Source: a plasmid
Strand: one strand, 5' to 3'
Sequence record: NZ_CP084013.1
DNA length: 64,000 nucleotides
Positions 9,985 through 19,107 of this stretch are shown here, in pieces (the first letter of the stretch is position 1; every line of letters starts with the position of its first letter). The position numbers were made by a program, and so were the translations under genes. The notes beneath the pieces are model-generated. The model was not told the origin of the DNA. It ran no database searches and saw nothing but the letters and a program-made list of their open reading frames with translations.

Positions 9985-10711
9985 GCGTCTGTTTCGCCTC
10001 GATGGTGCGTCGGAACGGGCCGACCTGCCCGTTCACATTGGCTTCGCTAATCTCGATGGAACCGTCGCCGTTGACCTTCTCCACGATGGCGACGTGCCCC
10101 CATGCGTTGTTGACCTGCGCCGGGCTGAACACGATCACATCCCCTTGTCGGGGAGTATCATCCACCCAATAGCCGAGCGCCTTGGCGGAATCGGCCCACA
10201 TGCCGCCATCCCCCAGATGGCTACCGACCGGCAATCCCAGTTGCGCGCGCCGCACATACGCCCACCATGTGCATTGCCCGTACGCGTACGCATTGCCCGT
10301 GTCGCCGGTCGCATGGTCCGGATTGAATCCGGTCGGAGTCTGATCCTCGTCGCGCCCGTTGATCAGGTCACGGACCACTGGATTGTCCGCGTGGATGATG
10401 GTGAGCTTGCGGTCCGGCTGGTCGCCCATATCCCATGTGCCGTCCGCCGTGAGGTCTCCCCTTTGACTGCTCCTGCTAGCCGCATCATCGATGCTTGATG
10501 CTGTCAACTGTTCCGTGGTTAATGCGGTGGACTGGTTGAAACGTTCACCTGCGTATGCGGTTTCATTATGCGGCAGAAAAAGACATGCCATTCCGCCTGA
10601 CAAAATCATTGCCGACATCAGACATAGGGCGACACGTCGTTGGAATCGGTTCTTCCTTCTTACGGCTGATCGGCTTACTGGTTGAACGGTCTTATGTGCT
10701 GCCCCGCTCAA
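9959..10711 (-). CDS. Secreted CHAP-domain peptidoglycan hydrolase
   Basis: Hydrophobic N-terminus. YGQCTWWAY (CHAP Cys) and GHVAIVEKV (CHAP His). Confidence 0.65.
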   Translation of the reverse strand: MSGAAHKTVQPVSRSAVRRKNRFQRRVALCLMSAMILSGGMACLFLPHNETAYAGERFNQSTALTTEQLTASSIDDAASRSSQRGDLTADGTWDMGDQPDRKLTIIHADNPVVRDLINGRDEDQTPTGFNPDHATGDTGNAYAYGQCTWWAYVRRAQLGLPVGSHLGDGGMWADSAKALGYWVDDTPRQGDVIVFSPAQVNNAWGHVAIVEKVNGDGSIEISEANVNGQVGPFRRTIEAKQTHAYQYIHY

Positions 10712-11019
10712 TCTGCACGCTCCTGAATAAATTCCGGAGAGGCGATGTTGTCGTCGAACCGGTAGGTGTCGGGTTGTCCGAGCATGCGTCGGAGAAGAGG
10801 CGAATGCCGGGTGACGAGCCGGTTGAACCAGCCTTTAGCCTGCCAGGTCACGTTGATTACACGCCCGTTCTCATTATCCACTGAGGCTTGATGCACGACT
10901 TGTTCACGACCTTGAGCTGTTTGACGGCCTGCTGGCAGGAAGATGAAAGCGATTTTCTGCCCGGCGTATATGTCTGCGGGAATAATGGTGTTATCGATGA
11001 ATATCTTAATTCTTCGCAT
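10708..11019 (-). CDS. Small hypothetical protein (first gene of the hydrolase operon)
   Basis: Internal ATG of ORF 10708..11166. The exact start is uncertain. Confidence 0.3.
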   Translation of the reverse strand: MRRIKIFIDNTIIPADIYAGQKIAFIFLPAGRQTAQGREQVVHQASVDNENGRVINVTWQAKGWFNRLVTRHSPLLRRMLGQPDTYRFDDNIASPEFIQERAD

Positions 11020-11241
11020 CGGCGCAGCATCCTTTTTTAAGACAACGTTCTGGAAGATTGACCGGCTTTTCCTGTTCCGAAGTTGGGTGGAGGAAAACCG
11101 GACGGATACTACGATTATCATTCGTTCAAAGAACGATTCTTGAAGAAAATCTGAAAACCGTGGCATTAACCCGCTTTAGGGCTGTTGCCTGTTACCGAAC
11201 TGTTTTGTTTTCTTAAGTAATCCTATGTTATAATAAATCCC

Positions 11242-11835
11242 ATGTTGGTAAAGGAATGGGCCAGACTGGAAGGATTGCATCCGCAGACCGTGTGGAAATG
11301 GTGCCGTCAGGGCACCATGCCCGTTCCTGTGGAACAGACGCCGACCGGCATGTGGCTCATCCACGACCCGAAATACGAGACCATGCCGCAATCGAAAAGC
11401 ATGGAACCCCGCACCGTCTGCTATGCGCGAGTATCCAGCGGCGACCAAAAGAACGACCTGCAACGTCAAGCCGACCGGTTGAAGGCGTTCGCTCTGAACA
11501 TGGGTGTCGAGCGGCCGGAGGTGGTCATGGAGACCGGTTCAGGCATGGACGACAGGCGGCGCAAGCTCAACCGGCTATTGTCCGACCCGACCGTGGGCAC
11601 GCTGATCGTGGAGCACAGGGACAGGCTCGCCCGCATGAACGCGGGACTGGTGGAGAGCGCGTTGAAGGCGCAGGGACGCCGAATCATCGTGGTGGACGAC
11701 ACGGAGCTGGACGACGATCTGGTGCGCGACATGACCGAGGTGCTGACCTCGTTCTGCGCGAGACTGTACGGACGCCGCGCGGCCAAGCATCGTGCGGAGA
11801 AGGCGTTGGAGGCGATGCGCGATGAGCGCGTATGA
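11242..11835 (+). CDS. tnpA: IS607-family transposase TnpA (small serine recombinase with N-terminal MerR-like HTH)
   Basis: The motif YARVSSGDQKNDLQRQ carries the catalytic Ser. GSGMDDRRRKLNRLL is also present. Confidence 0.8.
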   Translation: MLVKEWARLEGLHPQTVWKWCRQGTMPVPVEQTPTGMWLIHDPKYETMPQSKSMEPRTVCYARVSSGDQKNDLQRQADRLKAFALNMGVERPEVVMETGSGMDDRRRKLNRLLSDPTVGTLIVEHRDRLARMNAGLVESALKAQGRRIIVVDDTELDDDLVRDMTEVLTSFCARLYGRRAAKHRAEKALEAMRDERV

Positions 11836-13144
11836 GGCCGTTAGGATTCGGCTCGACCCAACCCCACGGCAGACACGGCTGTTGGAATCCCATGCGGGCG
11901 GCGCGCGTTTCGCATACAATCTGATGCTCGCTCACGTCCAGCGCCAAATCTCCTTGGGTGAGAAACCGGACTGGACGTTGTACGCGATGCGCCGCTGGTG
12001 GAACGAGTGGAAGGACGAAATCGCCCCGTGGTGGCGGGAGAACAGCAAGGAGGCGTACAACAGCGCGTTTGAATGGCTGTCCCAAGCGTTGAGGAACTGG
12101 TCGGACAGCAGGAAGGGCAGGCGCGCGGGCCGCAGGGTGGGCTGGCCGAAATACAAGTCGAAACGCTCCGGTGTCCCGCGTTTCGCATACACGACCGGCA
12201 GCTTCGGCCTTATCGAGGACGACCCGAAGGCGTTGAAACTGCCACGCATCGGACGCGTGCACTGCATGGAGAACGCCACCGAACGCGTCCACGGCAGACG
12301 AATCGTGCGCATGACCGTCAGTCGCCATGCGGGCTTCTGGTATGCGGCCCTCACCGTCGAACGTCCCACCGAAAGCGTTCCCGCGAAAAACAGAAAACAG
12401 AAGAACCGTAATCGTCAGGTCGGCGTGGATTTGGGCGTCAGGACCCTCGCCACCCTCTCGGATGGCACCACGTTCCCCAATCCACGCAACTACGTCCGCA
12501 TGCAACGGAAACTCCGCCACGCCCAACAGGCGTTAAGCCGCCGCGACAGGGGCATGAGCCATGGATGCGGGTCGAAACGGTACAACAGGGCGTTGGGGCG
12601 CGTGCGCCGAATCCACGCCCGCATAGCCGCCCAACGAGCCGACAACATCAGCAAGCTCACCACGTGGCTCGCCGACAATTATTCCGACATCAGCATCGAA
12701 GACCTCAACGTGCAAGGCATGAGCCATAACAGGAGGCTTGCCAAACACATACTGGACGCGGACTTCCACGAGTTCCGCCGCCAACTGGAATACAAGACCG
12801 CACGCGCCGGCACGAGGCTCCATGTCATCGACCGCTGGTATCCAAGCTCGAAGACCTGTTCGAACTGCGGGACGGTGAAAGCCAAACTGCCCCTGTCCGA
12901 ACGCGTCTACCATTGCGGCAAGTGCGGACTTGTCATCGACCGTGATGTGAACGCGGCCATCAACATCCAAGTCGCCGGGAGTGCCCCGGAGACGTTAAAC
13001 GCGCGTGGAGGAAGCGTAAGACAGACCCGCCTTGAGTGCGGGACAATGCGGCATCCGGCGAAACGCGAACCAAGCGGCGGCGACAGTCGCGTGAGACTTG
13101 GAGCTGGTCTCGGCAACGAGGCCATGCAGATGACTCCGCTCTAG
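11822..13144 (+). CDS. tnpB: TnpB (OrfB) RuvC-like RNA-guided endonuclease homolog
   Basis: VGVDLGV (RuvC-I). IEDLNVQGM (RuvC-II Glu). Zinc finger CSNCG...CGKCG. DRDVNAAINI (RuvC-III). Confidence 0.85.
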   Translation: MSAYEAVRIRLDPTPRQTRLLESHAGGARFAYNLMLAHVQRQISLGEKPDWTLYAMRRWWNEWKDEIAPWWRENSKEAYNSAFEWLSQALRNWSDSRKGRRAGRRVGWPKYKSKRSGVPRFAYTTGSFGLIEDDPKALKLPRIGRVHCMENATERVHGRRIVRMTVSRHAGFWYAALTVERPTESVPAKNRKQKNRNRQVGVDLGVRTLATLSDGTTFPNPRNYVRMQRKLRHAQQALSRRDRGMSHGCGSKRYNRALGRVRRIHARIAAQRADNISKLTTWLADNYSDISIEDLNVQGMSHNRRLAKHILDADFHEFRRQLEYKTARAGTRLHVIDRWYPSSKTCSNCGTVKAKLPLSERVYHCGKCGLVIDRDVNAAINIQVAGSAPETLNARGGSVRQTRLECGTMRHPAKREPSGGDSRVRLGAGLGNEAMQMTPL

Positions 13145-13162
13145 CGACAAGCTAAAACAAAG

Positions 13163-13441
13163 TCATCTACAACGGTGCAACATGTCCACTAGTTTCTGTG
13201 GTATTCCGTCCTCGATATCCCATTCGACGGTTTCGAACCGGCTGTTCGAGGCGGCGGCCCGATCGTCGCCAACCTCAATGCTCACATCGGAGCCGTCCGG
13301 GAAATACTTGATCAACGTCATAGTGCCGCGGCCGGGCGGAAAGCTCACGTGGAACCCGCCGCCCAATGCGGTGGCGATATCGACCGCATTGCATGCTGCC
13401 TCGCCGCTCACATAGGTCAGCCGTTCGCATTCATCCATCAT
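13163..13441 (-). CDS. Hypothetical protein (92 aa)
   Basis: Internal ATG (MMDECER...). It forms an ATGA overlap with the upstream membrane-protein gene. Confidence 0.45.
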   Translation of the reverse strand: MMDECERLTYVSGEAACNAVDIATALGGGFHVSFPPGRGTMTLIKYFPDGSDVSIEVGDDRAAASNSRFETVEWDIEDGIPQKLVDMLHRCR

Positions 13442-13932
13442 TCGCCGTCCCCGTTGTTCTTCCGATACTCTTCGCTGGCGATGTACGTGACCGCGAAGTC
13501 GGCTATCTGGTCGCGCAGCCTCGGAAACGCCTCCCTGCCCGCCTTCTGGCGCCGGTCCATGATCCATGCGAACAAGCCGAAAAGGATGCAGCCGCCCAGC
13601 AGCCCGTAGCAGTTCGCGTCGGCCGGCTGATGCGATGAAAGGGCCGCCAGGCCTGCCCACCAGCCGATGCCGAGCATGATGCCAAGCGCGTGCATGCCGA
13701 TCGCGAACGGGGTCTCGTCATCATCCACGATGTCCAGCCAGCATTGCAATCCAAGGACGACGAGCAGGAACGCGACAAGCCACAACGGCGAGTGGAGAAG
13801 TCCGACGAGCAGCGGCGTATGGTTCGCGGCCAGCCAGGCGAGGATCGGCCCGTGGTTGAATGCGAACACGATCGCCATAATAAATAGGACGATCGCCGTC
13901 CACGCGAGACGGCGCACGGCTTCCAGACTCAT
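13438..13932 (-). CDS. Hypothetical integral membrane protein (about 4 TM)
   Basis: Multiple long hydrophobic segments. Confidence 0.55.
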   Translation of the reverse strand: MSLEAVRRLAWTAIVLFIMAIVFAFNHGPILAWLAANHTPLLVGLLHSPLWLVAFLLVVLGLQCWLDIVDDDETPFAIGMHALGIMLGIGWWAGLAALSSHQPADANCYGLLGGCILFGLFAWIMDRRQKAGREAFPRLRDQIADFAVTYIASEEYRKNNGDGE

Positions 13933-14011
13933 GATTCCTCCCCCTGCTGCCTTCCTGTCCGATTCAGCCGATCATGCCGCAGTTCCGCGGCCCACCAATC
14001 GTATGTGTTCA

Positions 14012-14608
14012 TCATCGCCTGCCCTCCATCATCAAATCCAATATGACGGCCAATGGCACCACGTCATGACTGGCGTGGGCCTTACACACGGGACCGTACC
14101 AGCCGGTTTCGGGCATATCCTCACAGTCGGGGCCGTCCGTCCGCATCCAACGGCGGATCGCGACCACGGGTTTGCCGCAGGATTCGTAGTCGCCGTCGCG
14201 GGATACGCCGGCCGTGCATCCTAGACGCAGCCAGGACGGGTCGCATAAGGCGAAGACGCGCATCGGGTCGTATGGCCATACGCCCGATAGCGGTGGCATG
14301 AGCGACGGATCATGCTTCCAGCAGCCGGCATCGGCCACGGCCTTCAACACCTCCGATAGCGGGACGACATCATGGTTGGCATGCAGCTTGCACGCGGGTC
14401 CGTAGACGCCCTCCTTGGGTAAAAATTCGCTATCGTCGTACCCGTCGTCGCGTGTCCAACGGCGGATGGCGACCGGCGGCCTGCCGCACTGTTTGAAATT
14501 CTCGCCCTTCCAGCAGCCGGCCGCGCAGCCGAGCCGCAGGGCCAACGGGTTGCATCGTTCGGCGATGAGCTTCGGATCGTACGGCGTTGGTTTCTTGCAT
14601 TTGGTCAT
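14012..14608 (-). CDS. Cys/His-containing protein with an internal tandem duplication
   Basis: Two roughly 90-aa repeats (…GPACKLHANHDVVPL… and …GPVCKAHASHDVVPL…). A 27-codon ORF (13929..14012) bridges it to the next gene through ATGA overlaps. Confidence 0.5.
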   Translation of the reverse strand: MTKCKKPTPYDPKLIAERCNPLALRLGCAAGCWKGENFKQCGRPPVAIRRWTRDDGYDDSEFLPKEGVYGPACKLHANHDVVPLSEVLKAVADAGCWKHDPSLMPPLSGVWPYDPMRVFALCDPSWLRLGCTAGVSRDGDYESCGKPVVAIRRWMRTDGPDCEDMPETGWYGPVCKAHASHDVVPLAVILDLMMEGRR

Positions 14609-14679
14609 TGCTTTTTCTCGTTTCCGACTTTACTTTATATACCTTATATGGTATATTTATGGGTATGTGGCAGATAGAG

Positions 14680-15024
14680 ATGGAACCCATCAAGGACTGG
14701 CTTGACGGACTTGACAAACAGACCGCCTACCAGGTCTACGCGGCCCTTGACCTCCTTCGGGAACGCGGACCGAACCTCAAACGCCCCCTGGTGGGGAAAA
14801 TCGAGGGCTCCATCATCGGCTCCATGAAGGAACTGAGACCCGGTTCGACAGGTCGAAGCGAAGTCCGAATCCTGTTCGTCTTCGACCCGGAACGCAAAGC
14901 GGTCCTATTGGTCGGCGGAGACAAACAGAACAAATGGAACAAATGGTATAAGACAGCCATCCGCGAAGCCGAACGACGGTACATCCGGTGGCTGGAAGAA
15001 CAACATGGGAAGGACACGAAATGA
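14680..15024 (+). CDS. HigB-like toxin (phage Gp49-like / RelE-ParE superfamily)
   Basis: About 115 aa. SEVRILFVFDPERKAVLLVGGDKQNKWNKWYKTAIREAERRY resembles the Gp49/HigB family. The gene is followed by an overlapping HTH gene. Confidence 0.6.
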   Translation: MEPIKDWLDGLDKQTAYQVYAALDLLRERGPNLKRPLVGKIEGSIIGSMKELRPGSTGRSEVRILFVFDPERKAVLLVGGDKQNKWNKWYKTAIREAERRYIRWLEEQHGKDTK

Positions 15025-15329
15025 GCTACACGTTGGAGGACTTCAAGGCCGATCACGACCTTGACCAGAAGACCATCGACGAGCGCAAGGAACAGCTTCT
15101 TGAGGAGATGCGCCTGTATGAGCTGAAAGAAGCGCGCAAACAGCAGGACGTGACCCAGAAGCAGCTCGCCGAACGCATGGGCGTCAGCCAGAAGCGGGTC
15201 AGCAGTCTCGAATCCGGCGACGTCGACAAGACCGAAATCCGTACGCTGCGCCGCTATCTCGACGCCATCGGCGGCAGGCTTCAGGTCAACGCGATCATGC
15301 CGGACGGGCGCACCCTGCAACTGGTCTGA
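15021..15329 (+). CDS. HigA-like HTH (XRE family) antitoxin
   Basis: QKQLAERMGVSQKRVSSLESGD is a helix-turn-helix. There is an ATGA overlap with the toxin gene. Confidence 0.6.
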   Translation: MSYTLEDFKADHDLDQKTIDERKEQLLEEMRLYELKEARKQQDVTQKQLAERMGVSQKRVSSLESGDVDKTEIRTLRRYLDAIGGRLQVNAIMPDGRTLQLV

Positions 15330-15343
15330 GATCAGGTAACCCG

Positions 15344-15637
15344 TCATGCCACCGGCTTCCACCCCAGATTCGGTTTCCCCGCCTTCATCCACGCCTTGTA
15401 GTTGATGCGATGCCGGCGGGTCAGACCGTGGATGACGTATTTCAGTTCGGCGATGAAGCCGGATACCGTACGCGTACTGTCATCCTCGATGAGGGTCTCA
15501 TCGCAGGGAATGCAGGACAGGCCGCATGTCGGGTTCGGCCAATGCGGGACGAGGAGAAGGAAGCCCAACGCCAGAAGGCCGAATACGACGGGAAAAGTGA
15601 CGAATCCGGCGGCATATCCAATCCAGAACATGCTCAT
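15344..15637 (-). CDS. Small membrane protein
   Basis: MSMFWIGYAAGFVTFPVVFGLLALGFLLLV. There is an ATGA overlap with the upstream small gene. Confidence 0.45.
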   Translation of the reverse strand: MSMFWIGYAAGFVTFPVVFGLLALGFLLLVPHWPNPTCGLSCIPCDETLIEDDSTRTVSGFIAELKYVIHGLTRRHRINYKAWMKAGKPNLGWKPVA

Positions 15638-15801
15638 CGCGTCACGAAGTGGGTAATCATCAGTGTTCCTGAGGTTGCGAATCCGATTGATGCGATGACC
15701 ATTGCGAGCCCTGTGACTCTCCACATGAAGCATGCGCAGAGGACGCATGTTATGGCGAGTATGATGTTGGCGTTTTTTTCGAAGTTCTTGTACGTGTTCA
15801 T
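15634..15801 (-). CDS. Small membrane protein (55 aa)
   Basis: An ATG lies downstream of repeat copy b and a gaaagaaacc RBS. The sequence is hydrophobic. Confidence 0.45.
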   Translation of the reverse strand: MNTYKNFEKNANIILAITCVLCACFMWRVTGLAMVIASIGFATSGTLMITHFVTR

Positions 15802-15817
15802 TGTGGTTTCTTTCATT

Positions 15818-15843
15818 CTATGTGGACATATTCAGTATAACAT
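15818..15843 (-). promoter_or_regulatory. Repeated promoter cassette, copy b
   Basis: The reverse complement reads atgTTATACTGAATATGTCCACATAg. Confidence 0.6.
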
Positions 15844-16049
15844 ATAAATGAAAAAATTATGCAAGGTTTGAAATAAAAAATCCCCCGATGCCATACGGCG
15901 CCGGAGGATTATTTGTCCACATAGAATGACGTTTCATAGAAACCAATGATCCTACGACAGCAAAAGCTGCAAGACCCAAAGTAGGTGAACTACTGGACAT
16001 GCTCACACAAGATGCTATGGCGCGGAAAAATCACTCGCCGTCCATAATT

Positions 16050-17440
16050 TTTTAGGCAGGGTACCACGACCCTTGTGGTCGTGGGTGAATGCCTTTCCTT
16101 TCCACTAACATTATGATATAATGTTTTTTATTGGAGGTGAAGCATATGGTGGAACTCGCATTGACCATGAAAGTCAAGCTCACGACCAACAAACACGAGT
16201 CTGAAGCCCTTAACCGCCTATGTGACAATTACACCTCCTGTTGCAACGAAGTATCCGATTGGATTGGAGAACACCACACCCTCAGCCAGAGGAAAATCAA
16301 CGAGGCTGTCTATCACCCGCTACGCGACAAATACGGACTGTTGGCCCAGATGACCCAATCTTCGATACGGCGGGTCATCGCGTCCTACAAGGCAATTCAC
16401 TCGCGCATGGAACGCCGGAACGGAGAAAACCCCAAGAGAAAGAGGACGGCATACTATTCCACCAGACCAAAGTACTCGTCCGCCGGTGTTGACCTGCTGT
16501 GGAACCGCGACTACTCCTATTCGCCCATGACGGGAATGTTCAGCCTTCCCGTCATGGGCGGGAGAATCAAAGTGAAAGCCCAATGGAAGGGAACCCCGGA
16601 CGAATACCGTACGGCACGTTTCGGTACCGCCCGACTGATATCGAAACGAGGCAAATGGTACCTGCATATTCCCATCATCCTACAGGTTCCCGACCCAACC
16701 CCAAGCCCCAAAAACATAGTGGGCGTGGACTTGGGCATCCGAATGCTCGCCACCAGTTATGACGGCGAAACCACCGTCTTCCAACATGGAGGGGAGGTGA
16801 AAAGCAAGCGCGGCAAATACAAGCGGCTCCGTCAACAGTTGCAGAAACGCGGCACCCGAAGCGCTCGCAGACGACTCAAGACCATAGGCGACAGAGAAAA
16901 CCGTTGGATGACTGATGTGAACCATCAGGCGTCTAAGGCACTCGTCAACCATTACGACAGGGATACGATGTTCGTTCTCGAAGACCTTACGGGAATCCGC
17001 AATGCGACCGAACAGGTCAGGGTCAAGGACAGGTATGTTCAGGTCAGTTGGAGTTTCCACCAATTCCGGCAGATGGTCGAATACAAGGCGAAACGCAACG
17101 GTCAGAAAGTCGTGTTCGTTGACCCGGCCTACACAAGCCAGACCTGCCCGAAATGCGGGAAAATCCGCAAAGCCAACCGTGACAAGAAACGCCACCTGTA
17201 TGTCTGCCGCAACTGCGGATACCGGTCCAACGACGACCGGATAGCCGCGATGAACCTGCGACACAAAGGCTACGACCTTTTGAGCTCGCAGTACGCCGCC
17301 AGCATGACTGACGGCGTAAGGGTGCAGTCAACCACCCTATGATGTTCCGTCAATTAAAGGTAGGAGAACGGTTACAGCCGTTCACTGGCACTACCGGACA
17401 GGGACAAGCCGCAATGCTCGTCATTGCGGTCGTTGACATA
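16050..17440 (+). mobile_element. IS1341-type (IS200/IS605 family) element carrying only tnpB
   Basis: It is a solo tnpB. A candidate subterminal hairpin lies upstream (ccacgaccCTTGTggtcgtgg, about 16058-16078). A second lies downstream (ccgcaatgCTCGTcattgcgg, about 17403-17423). Boundaries are inferred. Confidence 0.45.
16131..17342 (+). CDS. tnpB: TnpB (OrfB) RuvC-like RNA-guided endonuclease homolog
   Basis: IVGVDLGIRMLAT, FVLEDLTGI, CPKCGKIRK...CRNCGYRS and NDDRIAAMNL. Confidence 0.85.
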   Translation: MEVKHMVELALTMKVKLTTNKHESEALNRLCDNYTSCCNEVSDWIGEHHTLSQRKINEAVYHPLRDKYGLLAQMTQSSIRRVIASYKAIHSRMERRNGENPKRKRTAYYSTRPKYSSAGVDLLWNRDYSYSPMTGMFSLPVMGGRIKVKAQWKGTPDEYRTARFGTARLISKRGKWYLHIPIILQVPDPTPSPKNIVGVDLGIRMLATSYDGETTVFQHGGEVKSKRGKYKRLRQQLQKRGTRSARRRLKTIGDRENRWMTDVNHQASKALVNHYDRDTMFVLEDLTGIRNATEQVRVKDRYVQVSWSFHQFRQMVEYKAKRNGQKVVFVDPAYTSQTCPKCGKIRKANRDKKRHLYVCRNCGYRSNDDRIAAMNLRHKGYDLLSSQYAASMTDGVRVQSTTL

Positions 17441-17507
17441 CAATTCCTCGTCCGCGATCTCCTCGCTTCCCTCGAACACGATCGCGCCTTCATCGTCACG
17501 ATGCTCG

Positions 17508-17801
17508 TCAAACCACGCTTTGGCCTCCTTTCCTGCTGGTCTTAGTAGGAGGGGTTTCTTTGAGCCACATCTCGAGGAGTTCTGGTGAGTTGATTTCGGC
17601 AGACAGCTTTTCGACGTATGCCTTGTCGCGCTTGTACTGGCAGTTGGGGCACCGTTGGCAGCGTTCCATCCAGCTTTTCTGGCAGGCGCTGATGTCCTCG
17701 TAGACGCGCTTGTGCCCGCAAATGAAGGTGACTTCGCGGGTGGCGAGGATGTCGTGGTCGAGGTCGTTGGTTTCGTGTTGTTCTTCGATGGTGAGTGCCA
17801 T
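17508..17801 (-). CDS. Small zinc-ribbon protein
   Basis: CGHKR...CQRCPNCQ. Its ATG is preceded by the RBS gaaagaggaaacc and by repeat copy c. Confidence 0.55.
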   Translation of the reverse strand: MALTIEEQHETNDLDHDILATREVTFICGHKRVYEDISACQKSWMERCQRCPNCQYKRDKAYVEKLSAEINSPELLEMWLKETPPTKTSRKGGQSVV

Positions 17802-17823
17802 TGGTTTCCTCTTTCATTATCTT

Positions 17824-17849
17824 TATGTGGACATACTCAGTATAACAGA
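17824..17849 (-). promoter_or_regulatory. Repeated promoter cassette, copy c
   Basis: The reverse complement reads ctgTTATACTGAgTATGTCCACATAA. Confidence 0.6.
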
Positions 17850-17954
17850 TATCTTGGTGGTGAGATAACGAAGAAACAGGAGAAAACCAGAAAACAATAG
17901 ATAACGTGGAACCAGAAAAACACGACAGCCCCTTCCAACGAAAAAAAAAACAAC

Positions 17955-18548
17955 ATGCCAGCCAACAAATCAATCCAAGCCCGCCAACAGCTGCGAGACC
18001 CCAACACCGGACGATTCCGAGACGAGCACCGTCAATCCGGTATGCCAACCGACGAATCCATACGAAAATACGAACAGCAACCCCGGCCGCCATTGCCTCC
18101 CCCCACCGAAGTACCCCTACCCCCAGCGAAAGCAAGACAAGCGAGCTCCAGAACCATTCCGGTGGACGGAAGACCAGGCTCCACGCTCACCGTGCAAGAC
18201 GTGCCGGACCAGACACACGGCATGAAACGTCACACGCAATTCCAATCCCCCACCACCTCCATCAGATTGGAAACGCCGATATCGAAAAATATCAACCTCC
18301 CGAAGATGGAAAAGGTCGCCGACGATCTGGAGACATGGCGAACCCGTTCCAATGAGAAACGTGGCGAATACGATGCGCCGATCGCGCGGATGGAGGCATC
18401 CGGAACCGGATTGAACCGGCTGACGGTACGCCCGGTATTCGGGACGCCTCCCCGTAGACCTTGGCAGCCATGGAAATGGAAAGCATGGCAAAAAGCGAGG
18501 GAGCGAGAGTCCCTGGCCTCGAATGGATTCGACTACATACACAATTAG
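17955..18548 (+). CDS. Paralogous family member P2 (conserved N-terminal module, proline-rich variable C-terminus)
   Basis: MPANKSIQARQQLRDPNTGRFRDEHRQSGMPTDESIRKYEQQ. Confidence 0.6.
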   Translation: MPANKSIQARQQLRDPNTGRFRDEHRQSGMPTDESIRKYEQQPRPPLPPPTEVPLPPAKARQASSRTIPVDGRPGSTLTVQDVPDQTHGMKRHTQFQSPTTSIRLETPISKNINLPKMEKVADDLETWRTRSNEKRGEYDAPIARMEASGTGLNRLTVRPVFGTPPRRPWQPWKWKAWQKARERESLASNGFDYIHN

Positions 18549-18563
18549 CAGAAAAGAGCAGAA

Positions 18564-19040
18564 ATGGTAGATACGGTCAGATCAGCGCAGGCGAGACGCC
18601 AACTGAGGGAACCCGAGAGCGGCCGGTTCAAGGACGAACACAAAAAAGCCGGGTTCCCGAATGCTGACGCCTTGGAAAAATATGAGCGGCAAACATCCGT
18701 CGTGTCTCCGCCCGCATCCTATTACGACGGGACCATGAGCGAAGAGAATCGTGAACTGTGGGCCGAAGGGATGGACGCACTCCAAGACAACTCCCCCTAT
18801 GTAGGTTTTTCCGGAGGATTCGACGAACAGGATGACGCATCAATCGACGGATGGCGCATACACCGAAGGAACACTCCGACAGGAAACACAGTGTACGAGT
18901 TTCGAGACGCGAAAAGCTCAACCCCAAACCGAGTGGCGTACCTGATCAAGCAATCGGATATTGACGCCGGTCATTCCCCCACATGGTTGGATGAACGGCA
19001 GCGGTCATTCTTCACCGTTCTGACAAACGGCAAAAGGTAA
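18564..19040 (+). CDS. Paralogous family member P3
   Basis: MVDTVRSAQARRQLREPESGRFKDEHKKAGFPNADALEKYERQ. Confidence 0.6.
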   Translation: MVDTVRSAQARRQLREPESGRFKDEHKKAGFPNADALEKYERQTSVVSPPASYYDGTMSEENRELWAEGMDALQDNSPYVGFSGGFDEQDDASIDGWRIHRRNTPTGNTVYEFRDAKSSTPNRVAYLIKQSDIDAGHSPTWLDERQRSFFTVLTNGKR

Positions 19041-19107
19041 GAGCTGCGGCAGACAGCTCGAAAACGTAAATAGACAACCTCCCTACACAAAATAGCAAGG
19101 AGAAACA

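Larger units (their letters stand above)
11190..13160 (+). mobile_element. IS607-family insertion sequence (serine-recombinase tnpA plus tnpB)
   Basis: tnpA and tnpB are tightly coupled. The left-end sequence TTGTTTTCTtaagtaat is shared with the second IS607 copy at about 32176. Boundaries are approximate. Confidence 0.6.

Noticed and set aside
11256-11825. Alternative-frame 189-aa ORF across the IS607 tnpA
   Set aside because: It is Arg/Gly/Pro-rich and low-complexity. The other frame carries the serine-recombinase motifs.
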